In this document: in pieces, positions 36,381 through 44,596 of the stretch | Position numbering within the stretch: the first letter of the stretch is position 1 | Layout of the letters: every line of letters starts with the position of its first letter | NCBI GenBank assembly: GCA_037146995.1 | Contig: JBAWWA010000003.1 | Span: forward strand, 24,663-88,662 | Origin: a bacterium | Lineage (GTDB): Bacteria > Patescibacteriota > Patescibacteriia > Patescibacteriales > GWE2-39-37 | Reading direction: 5' to 3' | Length of the DNA stretch: 64,000 nucleotides | The notes under the pieces: generated by a model | Told to the model about the DNA's origin: nothing | Databases searched by the model: none | The model's input: only the letters and a program-made list of their open reading frames with translations | Position numbers and translations under genes: made by a program

Positions 36381-38000
36381 CACTAAGCAACAAGAAGGTC
36401 CGAAAGGGTCTTCTTTTTGCGTATGTTGCACTAAATCTTCGGTTCTAGTGGCCACATTTTCACGATTCCAAGAAATTATGAAATTATGTGGCAGAACGGT
36501 TGAATTTGCGAGCGTTTTGTCGGTTAAAATCGGGTTATAGTAAACGAATAAAAAGATCTCACGCTTCTCTTCGGGAGAGGCGTTTTTGAATTTCTCTTTG
36601 AGCCGACAGGTGAAGTTCACATAGTCCACCGCCAGATCAAACCAATTCTGACTCGACTGATCAACATCACCCATCTTCTCTTGGATTTTTTCTTTTTCCA
36701 AAACAATCTCTTTCTTCTGTGCCATAAACTCCTCATCACCCATCAGCGAGCCGTCCGTATTATCAGGCGAGATTTTAAGCCTGACCAGATTATCCATTTT
36801 AGCCTGACACCTGATCAAGGCCGTCTGTTGGCGTTTAAGAATATTATCCCGATTGCCAATCTCTTGCTCATTAGCCTTATTAATTTCCTCCAAGGCCAAT
36901 TTTAAAAAGTCCTCATCAACCGTCATGGAATCAATCGTCTGAGCAATCTGTGATTCCAACTCCAGCTCAGAAATATAATGCAGACCAGTACATTTAATAC
37001 AACGATAATAAATAATACCCTTAGCCACCATACCAGAGATATTGCCTCCGCAAGCTCCGCACTTCATAAAATTCGTATAAGTGTAATATCGCTTTTTGAC
37101 CACAGGGCGAGTCCGTCTATGTAATTCTTCCTGCACTCGGTTATAAAGCTCACGACTAATAATCGGCTCATGCCGACCGTCTGGCAACTCCTCAGGCTCA
37201 ATGACTCTGCCTTTCCACAAAATCGCCCCATAATAAAACGGATTCATCATAATGCGGTAAATCGTTACCATGCTGAGTTTCTTTTTACTTCGCTCTCCCA
37301 ATAATCCCCAACCTGCAGTCATCTCCCGCAAATAGTTTAATGTATATTGACCAGTCGCATAGCACTCAAATAATTCTTTGATCAGTGGAGCCATAATCGG
37401 ATCTTTTTCAATCCGTCTTAATGGTCTGTTTAGTTTGGCCAGTACTTCCTGCTTTTCAAACGTGTACTGCTTACCAGAAATCTTGCCCTCCCGATCCATA
37501 TTTAAATAACCCAAAGCGGCAAAGCCTGGGTACTCGCCCTTAAGAATTTTGGCCTGCAAATCACGCCTCACAAATTCCGAAGTATCATCCGAGCTTTTCT
37601 TGGACATGGCGAACTGCAAAGCCAAAAAGAATTCTTGACCTGAGTTTTTAGAATAACTTTCCGAGGGCGTCCTGACTTCCTGTAATACTCCGTCCTTAAG
37701 CATATCTATAACAATACCGCCATCGGTCATATTACGAGCCAAACGGGAGATGTGATAAACCAATATGCCATCGGCTTTGCCCTCTTCGATTAGACTGATC
37801 ATCTTCTCAAACTGAGCCCGACCTCGTTTATAAGCCGATTGCGACTCCTCAAAATCTCCTACAATTTTTATACCCTCTTTGCGAGCAAACTCGGCCAGCT
37901 CCCGCTTCTGCGAATCCAAACTCAAAATCTGTCGATCCTCGGAGTCGGACGACTTTCGCCTATAACTGAAATATCTAGTTTTTTGATTTGGTTTCTCCAT
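36342..38000 (-). CDS. large serine recombinase (integrase)
   Basis: 552 aa. Resolvase-type N-terminus (RYFSYRRKSSDSEDRQILSLDSQ, catalytic Ser region; LVYHISRLARN), a recombinase domain, a Zn ribbon (CGACGG...YYRCIKC) and a coiled-coil region. The last ~24 codons are antisense to the terminator and the tRNA-Asp 3' end. Confidence 0.85.
   Translation of the reverse strand: MEKPNQKTRYFSYRRKSSDSEDRQILSLDSQKRELAEFARKEGIKIVGDFEESQSAYKRGRAQFEKMISLIEEGKADGILVYHISRLARNMTDGGIVIDMLKDGVLQEVRTPSESYSKNSGQEFFLALQFAMSKKSSDDTSEFVRRDLQAKILKGEYPGFAALGYLNMDREGKISGKQYTFEKQEVLAKLNRPLRRIEKDPIMAPLIKELFECYATGQYTLNYLREMTAGWGLLGERSKKKLSMVTIYRIMMNPFYYGAILWKGRVIEPEELPDGRHEPIISRELYNRVQEELHRRTRPVVKKRYYTYTNFMKCGACGGNISGMVAKGIIYYRCIKCTGLHYISELELESQIAQTIDSMTVDEDFLKLALEEINKANEQEIGNRDNILKRQQTALIRCQAKMDNLVRLKISPDNTDGSLMGDEEFMAQKKEIVLEKEKIQEKMGDVDQSSQNWFDLAVDYVNFTCRLKEKFKNASPEEKREIFLFVYYNPILTDKTLANSTVLPHNFIISWNRENVATRTEDLVQHTQKEDPFGPSCCLVRSGRDSNSRPLP
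36392..36418 (+). terminator. hairpin terminator after tRNA-Asp
   Basis: AAGAAGGTCC-GAAA-GGGTCTTCTT is a 10-bp stem (two G:U pairs) with a GAAA tetraloop, followed by TTT. It lies inside the antisense tail of the recombinase ORF. Confidence 0.6.
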
Positions 38001-38064
38001 TTATTTGACTAACTCTGGCTATAATGGCGGGATGTTAACGTAGTTTTGATTTTGTGGCAAATAA

Positions 38065-38217
38065 TCAAGTTTTCAAGTTTTGTTTAGAATTTAAAGCAAT
38101 CTTAACCGCCCTAACTAACCGAATATACATATTCAAAGCCTCTTGGCGATTAAGCTTAATCCCATATTTTAGCTCATAAAGAGCAATGAACTTGTCCAAT
38201 CCAGCTTCAGTGATCAT
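38065..38217 (-). CDS. possible 50-aa micro-ORF coupled to the upstream HTH gene
   Basis: Below the track size cutoff. My translation is MITEAGLDKFIALYELKYGIKLNRQEALNMYIRLVRAVKIALNSKQNLKT. Its ATG overlaps the stop of 38207..38749 (ATGATCACTGA). Confidence 0.3.
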   Translation of the reverse strand: MITEAGLDKFIALYELKYGIKLNRQEALNMYIRLVRAVKIALNSKQNLKT

Positions 38218-38749
38218 AACCCTCCTGTTCTTCCTTTTTTATAGTGTTACATTTGTTACATTTCTGTTCATCAACTTCCTCTTTTTTAATCTTATTTTTG
38301 CCTAATTTGGCAACATTTTCTCGCATTTCAGCCAGTATACGCCTACGTTTCTCCCAATCTATACCATCGACGAAACCACTTCCTTCTTTGCTTTTAAAAT
38401 TATTTGAAACCGTTTCCTTAAAATTTTCCTTAATAACTTCCTTATGTACGACTGGTTCGGACGGTTGACCCTGCTCAAACAGTACAGTGATTAGTTTCAA
38501 AAAGGACACCTGACCATTAATCTTCTTATCTAAGCGTACGACTAATCCGTACGCTTTTAATCGTTTGATTGATTTAACCACCGTATCTTTATTCAATCCC
38601 ATCTCCTCGGCAATTTTTCGATAGCCAACAAAAGTCTCACCATTTCTATTGGCGTGAGAAGATAAAGCCATAAAGACCGAGTGGTCGCTAGTATTTAAAT
38701 CTCTGGCGAGCTTTCTAACGAAAGCGTCTGGTATCCAAAATCTCTGCAT
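38207..38749 (-). CDS. winged-helix HTH protein (phage/plasmid replication- or regulator-like)
   Basis: 180 aa. SVFMALSSHANRNGETFVGYRKIAEEMGLNKDTVVKSIKRLKAYGLVV is a typical wHTH (HTH_36/DnaD-N-like). Charged C-terminus with CNKCN. Confidence 0.6.
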   Translation of the reverse strand: MQRFWIPDAFVRKLARDLNTSDHSVFMALSSHANRNGETFVGYRKIAEEMGLNKDTVVKSIKRLKAYGLVVRLDKKINGQVSFLKLITVLFEQGQPSEPVVHKEVIKENFKETVSNNFKSKEGSGFVDGIDWEKRRRILAEMRENVAKLGKNKIKKEEVDEQKCNKCNTIKKEEQEGYDH

Positions 38750-38766
38750 ATAATTTCATTATCATA

Positions 38767-39006
38767 TTATTTGGTGTTAAATATCATCGACTTGATTGCC
38801 TTGAAACCATCAAAGATAATTCTCGGATCGGCTTTTAATTCGCCTGAATAGTATTGCCTGATAATTTTCTGACATTGTTCAGCTTCGGAAAAAATAAAAA
38901 AACACTCCCGTCCTCGCCATTCTGACTTGATAACTTTCAAGCCGAGCGCAAAAAGAGTGCTTGCCAAATATTGATCCTTTGTTTCGTAGCTATCTAAATT
39001 TGCCAT
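38767..39006 (-). CDS. DUF5659-like small protein
   Basis: From the ATG at 39006: MANLDSYETKDQYLASTLFALGLKVIKSEWRGRECFFIFSEAEQCQKIIRQYYSGELKADPRIIFDGFKAIKSMI. The pattern matches DUF5659 proteins seen in phages and mobile elements. Confidence 0.5.
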   Translation of the reverse strand: MANLDSYETKDQYLASTLFALGLKVIKSEWRGRECFFIFSEAEQCQKIIRQYYSGELKADPRIIFDGFKAIKSMIFNTK

Positions 39007-39152
39007 ATGAATTGCATATAAATTAATCTTGCCTAAATCATATGGCCGATGGACAACAAAAAATAGGCTGAACAACCGTCCAGCCGACAATAAAACCGCC
39101 TTATTTCAAGCGGTTTAAATCAGTTATTCACATTTCCAGTTTTGTCCAGCGG

Positions 39153-40124
39153 TTAAGCTGATTTTTTCTTTCGCTCATCCACAAATTCCATTGCCACTGC
39201 TGGCATAATATACCCATTAACTTCTTTAAGAATTTTCGTCTTCTGATATCCCGCCTTATAAAAAACATTTTTGCGATTGGAGTTGATATAATCGAAATAG
39301 TTCTTGTGGCTCTTTTTCTCAAGAGGAATATTTTGTGCGGTCTGAGTTAACAACTTAGCATAAGCAGACTTGCTAATTTCCAACGGATTTCGATAATCAC
39401 CATTAATAACGCATTTATAGTCATTTGAAAGTGGCGACTCGGTAATTATAAGACTAGATATTTCTCCCAATACTGGTCTATCTTCATTTTTAGTTGCTTC
39501 ATCAATAACACGAGCGAATTCGACCAATTTTTTTTTAACATAAATCATCAACTCCAAATTTTCTCCCAGCTCCACCTCTTTTCTTTTGAGAAATAAAAAA
39601 TCACCACTAATTTTATCAGCAATCTCAGCCACGGCAATCCTATCCAGCGCCTTAAAATCAGAAAAAGGAATCGACAAAGACAAATTACAAGCACCCTGAC
39701 CCTTGGCGTAGGGCAGATGAAAAATAACAACTCGCAAAAATTGCTTATAGCTAGATAATTGTTCTTTGCTTAATTTTGCCATCTGTTCGTTTTCGTGAAC
39801 AGTTAACTTGCCAAACTGTTCGCTCAATTCATTATATTTATTCTCAAATGCTTCTGCCTTAATCTTTAACACTAACTCATGCGAACCTATAACAACTAGA
39901 TTGTCGCCACTGATATCTCGATCTGAATAGGTTAAAACTCCCATATTCTTCAAATCAATCAAAACTTGCATATAATCATCATAGTCAAGACTGTCGGAAT
40001 TTAGCACTGAAACCGCATGCTCTGTTCTAATCTCACCAACTAAAACTTTTCCATCCAGCTCAGCCTTAATCTCCTCAAGTACTGCAAATATATTTTGAAG
40101 TTTTTTTAACTCCGAATTGTCCAT
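39153..40124 (-). CDS. hypothetical protein (323 aa), island-borne
   Basis: Long AT-rich ORF divergent from the C-protein/R-M cassette. No motif recognised. Confidence 0.5.
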   Translation of the reverse strand: MDNSELKKLQNIFAVLEEIKAELDGKVLVGEIRTEHAVSVLNSDSLDYDDYMQVLIDLKNMGVLTYSDRDISGDNLVVIGSHELVLKIKAEAFENKYNELSEQFGKLTVHENEQMAKLSKEQLSSYKQFLRVVIFHLPYAKGQGACNLSLSIPFSDFKALDRIAVAEIADKISGDFLFLKRKEVELGENLELMIYVKKKLVEFARVIDEATKNEDRPVLGEISSLIITESPLSNDYKCVINGDYRNPLEISKSAYAKLLTQTAQNIPLEKKSHKNYFDYINSNRKNVFYKAGYQKTKILKEVNGYIMPAVAMEFVDERKKKSA

Positions 40125-40149
40125 ATAAATATCATATAAATCAAGCTCT

Positions 40150-40178
40150 TTGATTGTATTATAAATTAGTGATATAAT
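40150..40178 (+). promoter_or_regulatory. sigma70-type promoter of the C-protein/R-M operon
   Basis: TTGATT (40150-40155), 17-nt spacer, consensus TATAAT (40173-40178). TTGATT is mirrored by AATCAA at 40181-40186. Confidence 0.5.
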
Positions 40179-40219
40179 TTAATCAATATATTATAGTAAA
40201 AGAACTTATTTAATACCCT

Positions 40220-40417
40220 ATGTCAACAATTGGAAAAAATCTCAAAAAACTTCGGGAGTTAAAAGGCATATCTCAAGACAGATTATCGAAATTAGCAGAT
40301 ATATCCCTTAACACAATTGCCAAGTTAGAGCTTGGCGAAAATCCCAACCCAACAATTGATACCCTTAATAAAATTTCAAAAGCTCTCGGTGTAAAAGTCG
40401 ATGACTTAATAAAATAA
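40220..40417 (+). CDS. XRE-family HTH protein, likely R-M controller (C) protein
   Basis: 65 aa. IGKNLKKLRELKGISQDRLSKLADISLNTIAKLELGENPNPTIDTLNKISKALGV is an HTH_3 fold. It lies immediately upstream of the endonuclease candidate. Confidence 0.7.
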   Translation: MSTIGKNLKKLRELKGISQDRLSKLADISLNTIAKLELGENPNPTIDTLNKISKALGVKVDDLIK

Positions 40418-40421
40418 TTAT

Positions 40422-41243
40422 ATGAATGACAATAAACTAGACAAAAAAGATGCTATTAAATCTATTGTAAGGGCATCGGTTGAATCTTATGCCACTGGAT
40501 TTCGTGCAAGGCACGAGGGAGAAGTTGAAAATCCTGATGGTGTTATTAATATGAAAATTCATAATGTCTTTATTGCCGCACTTGGCGAGGACATACAATA
40601 TTATTCAGCTTTAGTTCGTTCACTAGACAGCTCACTGGGCAACATGCTAGAGGGAATGGCAATTAACATTGCTAAGTTATTTTACGATGTCAAAAAAAGC
40701 GTTGAAGGTAAATTATATCCCGAACAAACATCCAAAATAGCTGAACTACTTGAAGCATATAAGAATACAAAAAATCCTGTAAAACCAGATCCTTCTCATT
40801 ACGAGGAGATTAGAAAGATAGAACCAAACTCAAACGTCATTACCAAGGTTCATGTAAGTGATTATTATTTAATGGACAAGGAAACAAATACACACCACTT
40901 AATTGAATTAAAAATCGGAGGCGACTTAGATAATAAAAAGGCCAGATCAGAAAAGGAAGCAATTTTTGAGCAATATGCTATTTTATCAAATTCCTTAGAC
41001 AAGGATGCGATAATTAAATGCCATTTTGCAACTGCCTATAACAGGTTTGGTGAAGACAAAGAGTGGCGACAAGGAAGAGTATTACAATTTTTTTCAAAAG
41101 ACGAATTGCTAATTGGTAAAGATTTTTGGAATTTTGTTTGTAAATCACAAGATGGATATGAATTGGTGCTGGATACCTACAAAGAAAATGCATTTCTAAT
41201 AAGGGAAGCGCTAGAGGCTATTAAAAAAACTTACTTAAACTAA
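40422..41243 (+). CDS. type II restriction endonuclease candidate (PD-(D/E)XK)
   Basis: 273 aa. VSDYYLMDKETNTHHLIELKIGGDLDNKK supplies a D...ELK catalytic-type motif. It sits between a C protein and two methyltransferases. It possibly belongs to the TdeIII-like family, but that rests on memory only. Confidence 0.55.
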   Translation: MNDNKLDKKDAIKSIVRASVESYATGFRARHEGEVENPDGVINMKIHNVFIAALGEDIQYYSALVRSLDSSLGNMLEGMAINIAKLFYDVKKSVEGKLYPEQTSKIAELLEAYKNTKNPVKPDPSHYEEIRKIEPNSNVITKVHVSDYYLMDKETNTHHLIELKIGGDLDNKKARSEKEAIFEQYAILSNSLDKDAIIKCHFATAYNRFGEDKEWRQGRVLQFFSKDELLIGKDFWNFVCKSQDGYELVLDTYKENAFLIREALEAIKKTYLN

Positions 41244-41245
41244 CC

Positions 41246-42367
41246 ATGCAAACACTTATAAAATGGCCTGGGGGCAAAACAAAAGAGTTTGAATATATCA
41301 AAGAGATTATTCCTAAATTTGATCGATATGTTGAGCCATTTTTTGGTGGAGGAGCAGTTTTTTTTCAGCTACAACCAAAAAAAGCTATCATCAATGATAT
41401 ATGTGAAGAATTGGTTGATCTCTATAAATTTGTAAAAGGTGAAGAAGATAGAGATTTGTTTAAAAAAGAATTATTAGATTACGTAGATAACTGGGAGAAA
41501 ATTCCAAAATACATAAAAGTCTTTGAAAAAAAATTATTCAACCTATACGCAAAATACCGAAATGACGAAGTAACAATACAAGAACTCCAAAAAACAATAA
41601 ATGACATATTGCGCAAGGAAGAAGATAAATTCAACGGACTATTTCATAAAAGTTTTTGCCTCGATGAACAAAATTTGTTAAAGCAAATTATTGCTAATTT
41701 AATTTCAAAGATTAAAAGAACAAAGGACATTGAGAAACAAAGAGGTGATCTGCCAGAGGGTGATTTAGAAAAAAATATTGAAACAGGATTTAGGAGTGGT
41801 TTTTATATGCACTTCAGGGATGTCATGAATTTTAATGGCACAAAATTTAAAACAACAAAAGCAAAAAAAATTGCTAACTATTATTTTATAAGAGAATTTT
41901 GTTATGCCTCGATGTTTCGATTTAATAGTAGTGGACACTTCAACATTCCCTATGGTGGCATAGGCTATAACAATAAAGATTTTAGAAAAAAGGTTGAGCA
42001 TGTGTTAAATCCAACTATTCAAGAATTGTTTAGAAACACAAAAATTGAAAATAAAGATTTTGAATTGATATTCAAAGAGAACGACCTAACCAAAAAAGAT
42101 TTTATTTTTTTGGATCCTCCGTATGATACTGATTTCAGCGACTACGAAAAGGCATCATTCGACAAAAAAGATCAAGAGAGGCTAGCAAATTGTTTATACA
42201 AAACCAAGGCTAATTTTATTCTTATAATTAAGAAAACTCCTTTCATTTACAATCTTTATAAAAATAAAGACGGAATTAAAATAGATAAGTTTGATAAAAC
42301 ATATCTGTACAATGTTAAGGGCAGAAATGATCGCGATGTTGAACACTTAGTAATTTATAACTTCTAA
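41246..42367 (+). CDS. Dam-like (D12 class, alpha) N6-adenine DNA methyltransferase
   Basis: 373 aa. LIKWPGGKTKE, FxGxG motif PFFGGGAVFF and motif IV FLDPPYDTDF. It carries extra sequence between the motifs compared with E. coli Dam. Confidence 0.8.
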   Translation: MQTLIKWPGGKTKEFEYIKEIIPKFDRYVEPFFGGGAVFFQLQPKKAIINDICEELVDLYKFVKGEEDRDLFKKELLDYVDNWEKIPKYIKVFEKKLFNLYAKYRNDEVTIQELQKTINDILRKEEDKFNGLFHKSFCLDEQNLLKQIIANLISKIKRTKDIEKQRGDLPEGDLEKNIETGFRSGFYMHFRDVMNFNGTKFKTTKAKKIANYYFIREFCYASMFRFNSSGHFNIPYGGIGYNNKDFRKKVEHVLNPTIQELFRNTKIENKDFELIFKENDLTKKDFIFLDPPYDTDFSDYEKASFDKKDQERLANCLYKTKANFILIIKKTPFIYNLYKNKDGIKIDKFDKTYLYNVKGRNDRDVEHLVIYNF

Positions 42368-42368
42368 A

Positions 42369-43151
42369 ATGCAACAATATATTAATAAAATCATTCATGG
42401 CGATTGTATTAATGTGTTAAAAGAATTACCAGACAATTCAATTGATTTAGTATTCGCTGATCCACCATATTTTCTCCAGCTACCGAAGGGTAAGAGATTA
42501 AAAAGAGCGGATGGTTCTGAGGTGATACCAGTCGATGATGAATGGGATAAATTTGAGAGCTATGAAGATTATGATAATTTTACGCATAATTGGATTAAAG
42601 AGTGTCAAAGAGTTTTAAAAACAACAGGCACAATTTGGATAATAGGCATGTATCACAACATCTTTAGAGTTGGAAAAATAATGCAAGATCTTGGGATATG
42701 GTTTTTAAACGATGTAATATGGGTGAAGATTGGAGCATTGCCTAATTTGAGTTGCCGAAGATTGACCAATAATCATGAAACATTGCTCTGGGCAGTAAAA
42801 GATAAAAATTGCAAAAAATATACGTTCAATTATAAACTCCTAAAAGAAATGAATGGCGGGAAGCAAATGAAGGATACTGATTGGAATTTTTCCATTTGCA
42901 GGGGTGGCGAACGTCTTCGAGGTGCTGACGGGATTAAATCACACCCAACTCAAAAGCCATTAAAACTAATCCAACAAGTTATTTTAACAGCATCAAAAAA
43001 AGGTGACTTAATACTCGACCCTTTTATGGGAAGCGGAACTACTGCTGTTGTTGCAAAGGCATTAGATCGCAACTGGATTGGAATTGAGAAAGAAAAAAAG
43101 TATGTTGATCTAGCAACCGAGAGGGTAAATAATTTTAGTCTTTCAAAATAA
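42369..43151 (+). CDS. beta-class N4/N6 DNA methyltransferase
   Basis: 260 aa. Motif IV VFADPPYF near the N-terminus and motif I ILDPFMGSGTTAVVA near the C-terminus give the beta-class order. HPTQKPLKLI is also present. Confidence 0.82.
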   Translation: MQQYINKIIHGDCINVLKELPDNSIDLVFADPPYFLQLPKGKRLKRADGSEVIPVDDEWDKFESYEDYDNFTHNWIKECQRVLKTTGTIWIIGMYHNIFRVGKIMQDLGIWFLNDVIWVKIGALPNLSCRRLTNNHETLLWAVKDKNCKKYTFNYKLLKEMNGGKQMKDTDWNFSICRGGERLRGADGIKSHPTQKPLKLIQQVILTASKKGDLILDPFMGSGTTAVVAKALDRNWIGIEKEKKYVDLATERVNNFSLSK

Positions 43152-43178
43152 AAGCAAATTTAACCTTATTAATTATAG

Positions 43179-44336
43179 ATGAAAATACATTTTGACCAAG
43201 TCCAAGACTTGACTGGTTTTGCCTTGGAGGGTGCTCTTGGTGGCGAAACTGTTAAAATTTTAACTAGATCATTGCTCACCTCGGATGATCCAGAGTTTTA
43301 TTTATACTCAGAAAAGATTTCCAATATATTTTTTAATGGAATTCTTATATCACCCAACATGGTGCATCAGTTTCTGGTGATTATTCATTCTGACCTAAGT
43401 GCAGACTTATATGTAAACGATATAAATATATTGCTGGAAGTAAAGGTTAAGAAGGATATTAAACAAGGAGAAGCTATAATGCAAGACGACATTGCGGATA
43501 TTAGAAAAGTTAAATTTCCAGATATTGAAATTACTGAATCTGATAAAGTAATTTATTGTTTTAAGGTTGGCTGGCGTTTTGGTCTGTTTTTTGATCTCGG
43601 CACTCACGTTCAAACAGTTAACACACCACCAGGCATATTGGTTGAAAAATTAGATTTAGACAAAATGTCTTTATCAATAGGCGATATTTATCGATACCTG
43701 TCATTTTATCATGTTTATAAAACACTCGAAGCCGAATCAAGATTTAAGGAAATTATTAAAGATGGATGGTTTCCATTTATTGAAATTATTGGGTCAGAAT
43801 TCAAATTATTAACGGAGATATATCATGATAAATTTGATTTTCAAAACAGAATAACGCAAATACTTAATAATTTTACAAAAGAACGAATTGATAAAATTTC
43901 CAATAAATGGTGGGGTAACGATATTTTTGCCAACAAAAAAGAACTCATAATGGCTGGCATAAAGGCCTACCTAGACAATGATCAATCAGGATACATTAAT
44001 TGCATTAAAAATCTTTGGTCTGAAACGGAGGGTATTTTACGTGCCATTTATCATATCGATACCGGCAAAGGTAATAACGTTAAAACACCAGACTTAATAT
44101 CCCACATCATAAACAAGGCAAAAAATAAGTCCGGTTCCGATTTCTCACTCTTATTACCTTTATCTTTTCTAGAATACTTAAAAGATGTGGCATTCGCGAG
44201 TTTTAATACAGAAACTGGAGATGTTGAGCTTTCAAGAAATTCTTCTGGCCATGGCGTTGCAGAAGTTAATCAATATACAAAAATAAGAGCACTGCAATTA
44301 ATTTTAATTTTAGACCAAATATACTACTACGGTTAA
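43179..44336 (+). CDS. hypothetical protein with a C-terminal HEPN-like Rx4H motif
   Basis: 385 aa. ELSRNSSGHGVAEVN (R353-N-x3-H358-G, DNA 44235-44255) lies 27 aa (H358) to 32 aa (R353) from the C-terminus in a helix-rich region, as in HEPN RNases. The N-terminal ~200 aa are unrecognised. Confidence 0.45.
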   Translation: MKIHFDQVQDLTGFALEGALGGETVKILTRSLLTSDDPEFYLYSEKISNIFFNGILISPNMVHQFLVIIHSDLSADLYVNDINILLEVKVKKDIKQGEAIMQDDIADIRKVKFPDIEITESDKVIYCFKVGWRFGLFFDLGTHVQTVNTPPGILVEKLDLDKMSLSIGDIYRYLSFYHVYKTLEAESRFKEIIKDGWFPFIEIIGSEFKLLTEIYHDKFDFQNRITQILNNFTKERIDKISNKWWGNDIFANKKELIMAGIKAYLDNDQSGYINCIKNLWSETEGILRAIYHIDTGKGNNVKTPDLISHIINKAKNKSGSDFSLLLPLSFLEYLKDVAFASFNTETGDVELSRNSSGHGVAEVNQYTKIRALQLILILDQIYYYG

Positions 44337-44342
44337 TGCTCA

Positions 44343-44431
44343 AATTCACCCAGTTCTAGTGCCTAACCACCAATTCACCCAATTCCTCCAACTTCACCCC
44401 GTGTAACCCCGTTCTTGCCCGAATTCGCCCA
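44343..44431 (+). repeat. C-rich tract with four short direct repeats (A/C)(A/C)TTC(A/G)CCC(A/C)
   Basis: AATTCACCCA at 44343 and 44372, ACTTCACCCC at 44391 and AATTCGCCCA at 44422. Additional CCC(C) runs fall at roughly 10-11-nt spacing between 44397 and 44430. The + strand is G-poor here. Confidence 0.6.
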
Positions 44432-44565
44432 CTTGGGAGCCAATGATCGAGATCACCACGAAGTACTCAATTACAACGAATGTTGCCCCACTTTTGGCAC
44501 AATGTAATAGCGGTCCAGCTCTTGAAAGTAGGTTATAATCAGTTTCACTACCCCCCGCAATAAAA

Positions 44566-44596
44566 ACACCCACCTTATCAGGTGGGTGTTTTGTTG
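44566..44596 (+). terminator. intrinsic terminator at the probable right end of the island
   Basis: ACACCCACC-TTATCA-GGTGGGTGT is a perfect 9-bp stem followed by TTTTGTTGTT. Confidence 0.7.

Noticed and set aside
36420-36430. Candidate att core: CGTATGTTGCA (36420-36430) versus CGAATGTTGCC (44477-44487) at the two island edges
   Set aside because: Only a 7-nt exact match (ATGTTGC). Between two junction windows of ~150 nt each, roughly one such match is expected by chance, and serine recombinases need no long direct repeat. This is not evidence for the boundaries.
36268-36540. Track ORF 36268..36540(+)
   Set aside because: It reads through tRNA-Asp and its terminator and is antisense to the recombinase tail. 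It is spurious.
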